From a virus, in the IMG/VR virus record IMGVR_UViG_3300034190_002630: a stretch of DNA of 64,000 nucleotides, one strand, 5' to 3'. Shown in pieces: positions 60,443 through 64,000 of the stretch; position 1 is the first letter of the stretch; each line of letters begins with the position of its first letter. The notes under the pieces are model-generated. The model saw nothing but the letters and a program-made list of their open reading frames with translations. It was not told the DNA's origin and ran no database searches. The position numbers and the translations under genes are program-made.

Positions 60443-60761
60443 GTGGAAAAAAGAAGGTAGAGTTCAAATAAACCCAGATGGTCAAGTTTATCCATGTTGT
60501 TATCTTTGTACTCCACATTATAGATTTCTTTTAGGTTTCAAGTCAAATTTAACACATAAAGAGCATAAAGATGAACATACTCAACACATTTGGGATGAGT
60601 ATAACGATAATAAAGAAAAATTTAATATTAATAATAGATCATTAGAAGAAATACTAAACGATAAATGGTTCACAGAAACATTACCTAAATCATGGGAGAG
60701 TGAAGATACTGCGTTAGTTCAATGTATTGAACACTGCACAGTAGATAAAAAGGATGAATAG
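60429..60761 (+). CDS. Stand-alone SPASM/twitch-like Fe-S domain
   Basis: C.W....QINPDGQVYPCCY...QCIEHC. Confidence 0.75.
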   Translation: MIECEWKKEGRVQINPDGQVYPCCYLCTPHYRFLLGFKSNLTHKEHKDEHTQHIWDEYNDNKEKFNINNRSLEEILNDKWFTETLPKSWESEDTALVQCIEHCTVDKKDE

Positions 60762-61695
60762 TAATTTATGTAAAGCACCTCATACAAATATGTATTGTTC
60801 AGTGGAAGGTTTTGTTTCGCCTTGTTGGTTGACTATTGGTAATTGTGATCAATGGTCTGAAACTAGATCACTTAAAGATATTTGGTTTGGGGAACATTTT
60901 GATAAGTATAGAAACAAATGTTGTAGTTTACATAAAGACTTCACTATTGCAGATGCGTATAAAGACAATGTAGTGAAAAAATATCCTAGTATGATAGAAC
61001 TTGAATTATCAAATCAATGTAACTTTGAATGTATTATGTGTAATGAAAGATTGTCTTCTGGTATTAGAAAAAATAAAGGTCTTGCACCAATGCCTATGGC
61101 ATATACAAATAAATTTGTCGATGAGGTAGAAGAGTTGTTACCACATTTAGATGAGATTAGATTTAATGGAGGTGAACCTTTTGCTCAGAAAATAGTTTTT
61201 GATATTATAGATCGTGTCACTGATGATACTAAAATTAATATTGCAACTAACGGAAGCATATTAAACAAAAGAGTAAAAGATTATATTAAAAAGAAAAATA
61301 TAAGATTAAATATTAGTATTGATGCTTTAACAAAAGATTTATATGATCAAATTAGAGTGAATGGTGACTTTAATAATGTTATGGAAAATTTTCAGATATT
61401 TAAACAATATTGCGATATTGCAGTTATGGTAAATCCAATGACAAATAATTGGTTTCAGATGAAAGATTTTGTTGACTTCTGTAATGAAAATAATGTATAT
61501 TTAGGATACAACACTGTAAGATATCCAAAACATCTTTCAATACAACATATGCCTGTTGATATGATTGAGGATGTATATCTTACTTTACATAAACAAGTTA
61601 ATACATATCCAAATAAAAATCATAATTGGAAAAGATTTGAGTATTTGGTTGAAACACAAATAAAAAATTGGATGTTGGAAAAATGGAATGGTTAA
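60754..61695 (+). CDS. Radical SAM protein with N-terminal twitch-like domain
   Basis: CKAP..G.V.PC; CNFECIMC; GGEP, TNG, SID. Confidence 0.88.
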   Translation: MNSNLCKAPHTNMYCSVEGFVSPCWLTIGNCDQWSETRSLKDIWFGEHFDKYRNKCCSLHKDFTIADAYKDNVVKKYPSMIELELSNQCNFECIMCNERLSSGIRKNKGLAPMPMAYTNKFVDEVEELLPHLDEIRFNGGEPFAQKIVFDIIDRVTDDTKINIATNGSILNKRVKDYIKKKNIRLNISIDALTKDLYDQIRVNGDFNNVMENFQIFKQYCDIAVMVNPMTNNWFQMKDFVDFCNENNVYLGYNTVRYPKHLSIQHMPVDMIEDVYLTLHKQVNTYPNKNHNWKRFEYLVETQIKNWMLEKWNG

Positions 61696-63004
61696 TTTAG
61701 GAATATCAGAAGGATTTCATGATGCAGGCGTAACTGTATTAGACGGACAAGAAATTAAATACGCATCTCATAGTGAAAGATATAGTAGAAAGAAAGGTGA
61801 TAAATGGATTCATCCAAAACAAATGAAAATAGGTTATCACAATATCGCATATTACGAAAAACCATTTTGGAAAAACACTAGAAGATTTTATGCAAATCAA
61901 TCACTCCAATGGCCAAGAAGAAAATATGACTACTATTTTAAACATCATCAATCACATGCTGCGGCAGGATATTTTACTGCACCATTTCATAATTGCAATA
62001 TTATTGTTGTAGATGCTATTGGTGAATGGGATACTGTTTCGATATGGGATAATATGAAAAAAATTAAGTCATTTAAATATCCATATTCATTAGGATTATT
62101 ATATTCAGCAATTACGCATAGACTTGGTTTGAAACCAAACGAGGATGAATATATCACAATGGGAATGGCTGCATATGGTGAACCTAAATATGATTTAGAA
62201 TATCTTTTGCAAAAGAACAATCATTGGGGTGTAGGAAATTTGTTACCGAATGCACGTGATGAAGATTTGGCCGCATCGATTCAAAATCTTTATGAATCAA
62301 AACTTTTAGAACTGTTGAAATATACGACAAAAAATAATTTGATATTAATGGGTGGATGTGCTTTAAATTGTGTTGCAAACAGTAAGATACCAGATCGATA
62401 TAATATATGGATAATGCCATCACCAGGTGATGCAGGTTCTTCTCTTGGTGCGGCTGCATTGATTAATAAAGTAAGATTAAATTGGAAACATCCATATCTC
62501 GGCCATAACATTGATAGAACTATAAATCCAAAAGAAGTTGTTAGACATTTATTAGAACACAAATATTGTGGGATTGCAAATGGACGTGCTGAGTTTGGAC
62601 CAAGAGCATTAGGAAATCGTTCACTAATTGCTGATCCTAGATATCCTATAAAAGACACAATAAATCAAATTAAAAGACGACAAAAATATCGTCCTTTTGC
62701 ACCCATGATATTAGAAGAACACTTTGACAAATATTTCAAAGGAAGAAAGAATAGATATATGCAATTTGTATCAAAAGCACTACATGATTATAAGTCTGTT
62801 ACGCATGTTGATGGCACTGCCCGTGTACAAGTCGTAGAAAGATCAAATCCGTCTGTAGCCCGCCTTATATTGGAAGAATGGTATGAAAAAACAGGGTGTC
62901 CTATGTTATTGAATACATCCTTGAATATAAAAGGTCAACCTATAGTTAATACATGGGATGATGCAATAGATTTTCAGAAAGAATATAATGTCAAAGTCTT
63001 CTAA
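61688..63004 (+). CDS. Carbamoyltransferase (NodU/CmcH/TobZ family)
   Basis: HDA, ERYSR.K, HH.SHA, D..GE, GG.ALN..AN, EFGPRALG.RS, RPFAP, H.DGT.R.Q, LNTS.N. Confidence 0.95.
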   Translation: MVNLGISEGFHDAGVTVLDGQEIKYASHSERYSRKKGDKWIHPKQMKIGYHNIAYYEKPFWKNTRRFYANQSLQWPRRKYDYYFKHHQSHAAAGYFTAPFHNCNIIVVDAIGEWDTVSIWDNMKKIKSFKYPYSLGLLYSAITHRLGLKPNEDEYITMGMAAYGEPKYDLEYLLQKNNHWGVGNLLPNARDEDLAASIQNLYESKLLELLKYTTKNNLILMGGCALNCVANSKIPDRYNIWIMPSPGDAGSSLGAAALINKVRLNWKHPYLGHNIDRTINPKEVVRHLLEHKYCGIANGRAEFGPRALGNRSLIADPRYPIKDTINQIKRRQKYRPFAPMILEEHFDKYFKGRKNRYMQFVSKALHDYKSVTHVDGTARVQVVERSNPSVARLILEEWYEKTGCPMLLNTSLNIKGQPIVNTWDDAIDFQKEYNVKVF

Positions 63005-63761
63005 GATTATTGTCGGTGGATGTAGTTTTACAGATAAAGATTTTTCAATAAAAACAAAACCTAAAATTAATCCGTTTCCAAGTTGGCCTGAACAGTTAGC
63101 AAAGAAAACAGGCAAAGAAGTTATTAACACTGCAAAGTGTGGATCAGGTAATCGTAGAATTTATCAAACAGTTTTGAATGAAATAATAAAACATGATGAC
63201 GTAGAGCAAGTTATCATAGGTTGGTCTGAATGGACTAGACAAGATTTTTTAGTGAAAGAAGGTCGTAATAAAGATGGTTGGCATTCAGTTATACCAAGAA
63301 AACCTGATACAAAAGATCGTGCAAACTTTGTAAAAGTTGTTGATCAAGAAGTTTTGTTTGATTTTTATATGAACGCTTTTAATTTTGATTATCCGACACC
63401 AAGTCAGATTGTTGATGAAAATTTAAATCATTTCTATTCACTACAATGCATATGCAAAGAAAGAAATATTAAACTCAGTATGTTTCAAATGTTTTATCCG
63501 ATAAATGGAATATTTAATGATGATGAGAGAACTAACTTATATCAAATGGCTTTTGTAAAGAGTATGTTATCAAATCCATTATTACTTGAAATGGATGACA
63601 CTTTTTGGGGTTGGCCTATATTTGAACATATTGGAGGTAAGAATCTAATGAGACATCTTGATAAGAAAAATATGTGGAAAGAAGTAAGTCATTTTGATGC
63701 TCATCCTAATGAAGAAACTCATAAAAATATCATGGAACTTATATATGGTGTGACAAGTTGA
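62988..63761 (+). CDS. SGNH/GDSL-like protein
   Basis: GGCSFT, WP..LA, N.A..G.GN, WSEW.R, D.HPN. Confidence 0.65.
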   Translation: MSKSSKIIVGGCSFTDKDFSIKTKPKINPFPSWPEQLAKKTGKEVINTAKCGSGNRRIYQTVLNEIIKHDDVEQVIIGWSEWTRQDFLVKEGRNKDGWHSVIPRKPDTKDRANFVKVVDQEVLFDFYMNAFNFDYPTPSQIVDENLNHFYSLQCICKERNIKLSMFQMFYPINGIFNDDERTNLYQMAFVKSMLSNPLLLEMDDTFWGWPIFEHIGGKNLMRHLDKKNMWKEVSHFDAHPNEETHKNIMELIYGVTS

Positions 63762-63819
63762 CACATAAATAGTTTTAAAATGCCCGATAATACTAGGATT
63801 TTTAAGACCTATTTAACCC

Positions 63820-63854
63820 TTGACAATCACCCCATATACCTGTCATTATATAAT
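63820..63854 (+). promoter_or_regulatory. Early sigma70-like promoter (leaderless)
   Basis: CCTTGACAAT...CCTGT..TTATATAAT..ATGATG; similar to 6003. Confidence 0.55.
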
Positions 63855-63857
63855 TAG

Positions 63858-64000
63858 ATGATGACTAAAAAATCCACAATTGCGAAACTTCTCTCTGAAG
63901 AGAATATTATTGTTAGACATAAAAAAGCAGATACTGCTTCATTTAATGTTGAAACAAGAGAGTTAGTTTTACCTATATTCAAAGAAGAAATTAGTAATGA
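63858..64000 (+). CDS. N-terminus of a conserved T4-like marine-phage peptidase/vWA (CobT-like) protein; runs off the window
   Basis: MMTKKSTIAKLLSEENIIVRHKKADTASFNVETRELVLP. Confidence 0.7.
   Translation, partial: MMTKKSTIAKLLSEENIIVRHKKADTASFNVETRELVLPIFKEEISN

Noticed and set aside
60430-60460. Selenocysteine or readthrough at the TGA ending the radical SAM core
   Set aside because: Readthrough hits another stop within six codons, and the SPASM domain is in a different frame.
14710-63130. Numerous 60-170-aa antisense or out-of-frame ORFs inside core genes
   Set aside because: These are shadow frames of well-supported genes, caused by codon bias.

Overview
A 64-kb, AT-rich segment of a T4-like (Kyanoviridae/pelagimyophage-type) marine myovirus genome. 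Almost all genes are on the + strand. It carries the conserved virion core in near-canonical order (gp48, gp53, hub, gp5, gp25, gp6, gp7, gp8, a VrlC-like protein, fibres, gp13-gp23, gp3), then uvsY, uvsW, gp55, gp47 and gp46. Host-like small genes (zf-CHCC, DUF3553-like) suggest an alphaproteobacterial host; this is inference. Scattered through the core is a large set of tailoring enzymes: four radical SAM/SPASM-twitch units (two flanking gp16, one split in two), a NodU/TobZ-type carbamoyltransferase, two SGNH-like proteins, three glycosyltransferase-like proteins, a UDP-sugar dehydrogenase, an epimerase, a methyltransferase, a 2OG oxygenase, and nitroreductase-like and sulfotransferase-like proteins. 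An early/hyperplastic region (about 4.4-14.4 kb) holds two tRNAs, many micro-ORFs and a 540-bp non-coding island with tandem sigma70 promoters, a candidate structured ncRNA and a repeated TGYGACA-N3-TGNYAS operator-like motif. Two signals run across the whole window: apparent avoidance of the hexamer GATGGA (Asp-Gly written GAC-GGA) and widespread leaderless promoter architecture. All assignments come from reading motifs and synteny by eye; no searches were run.
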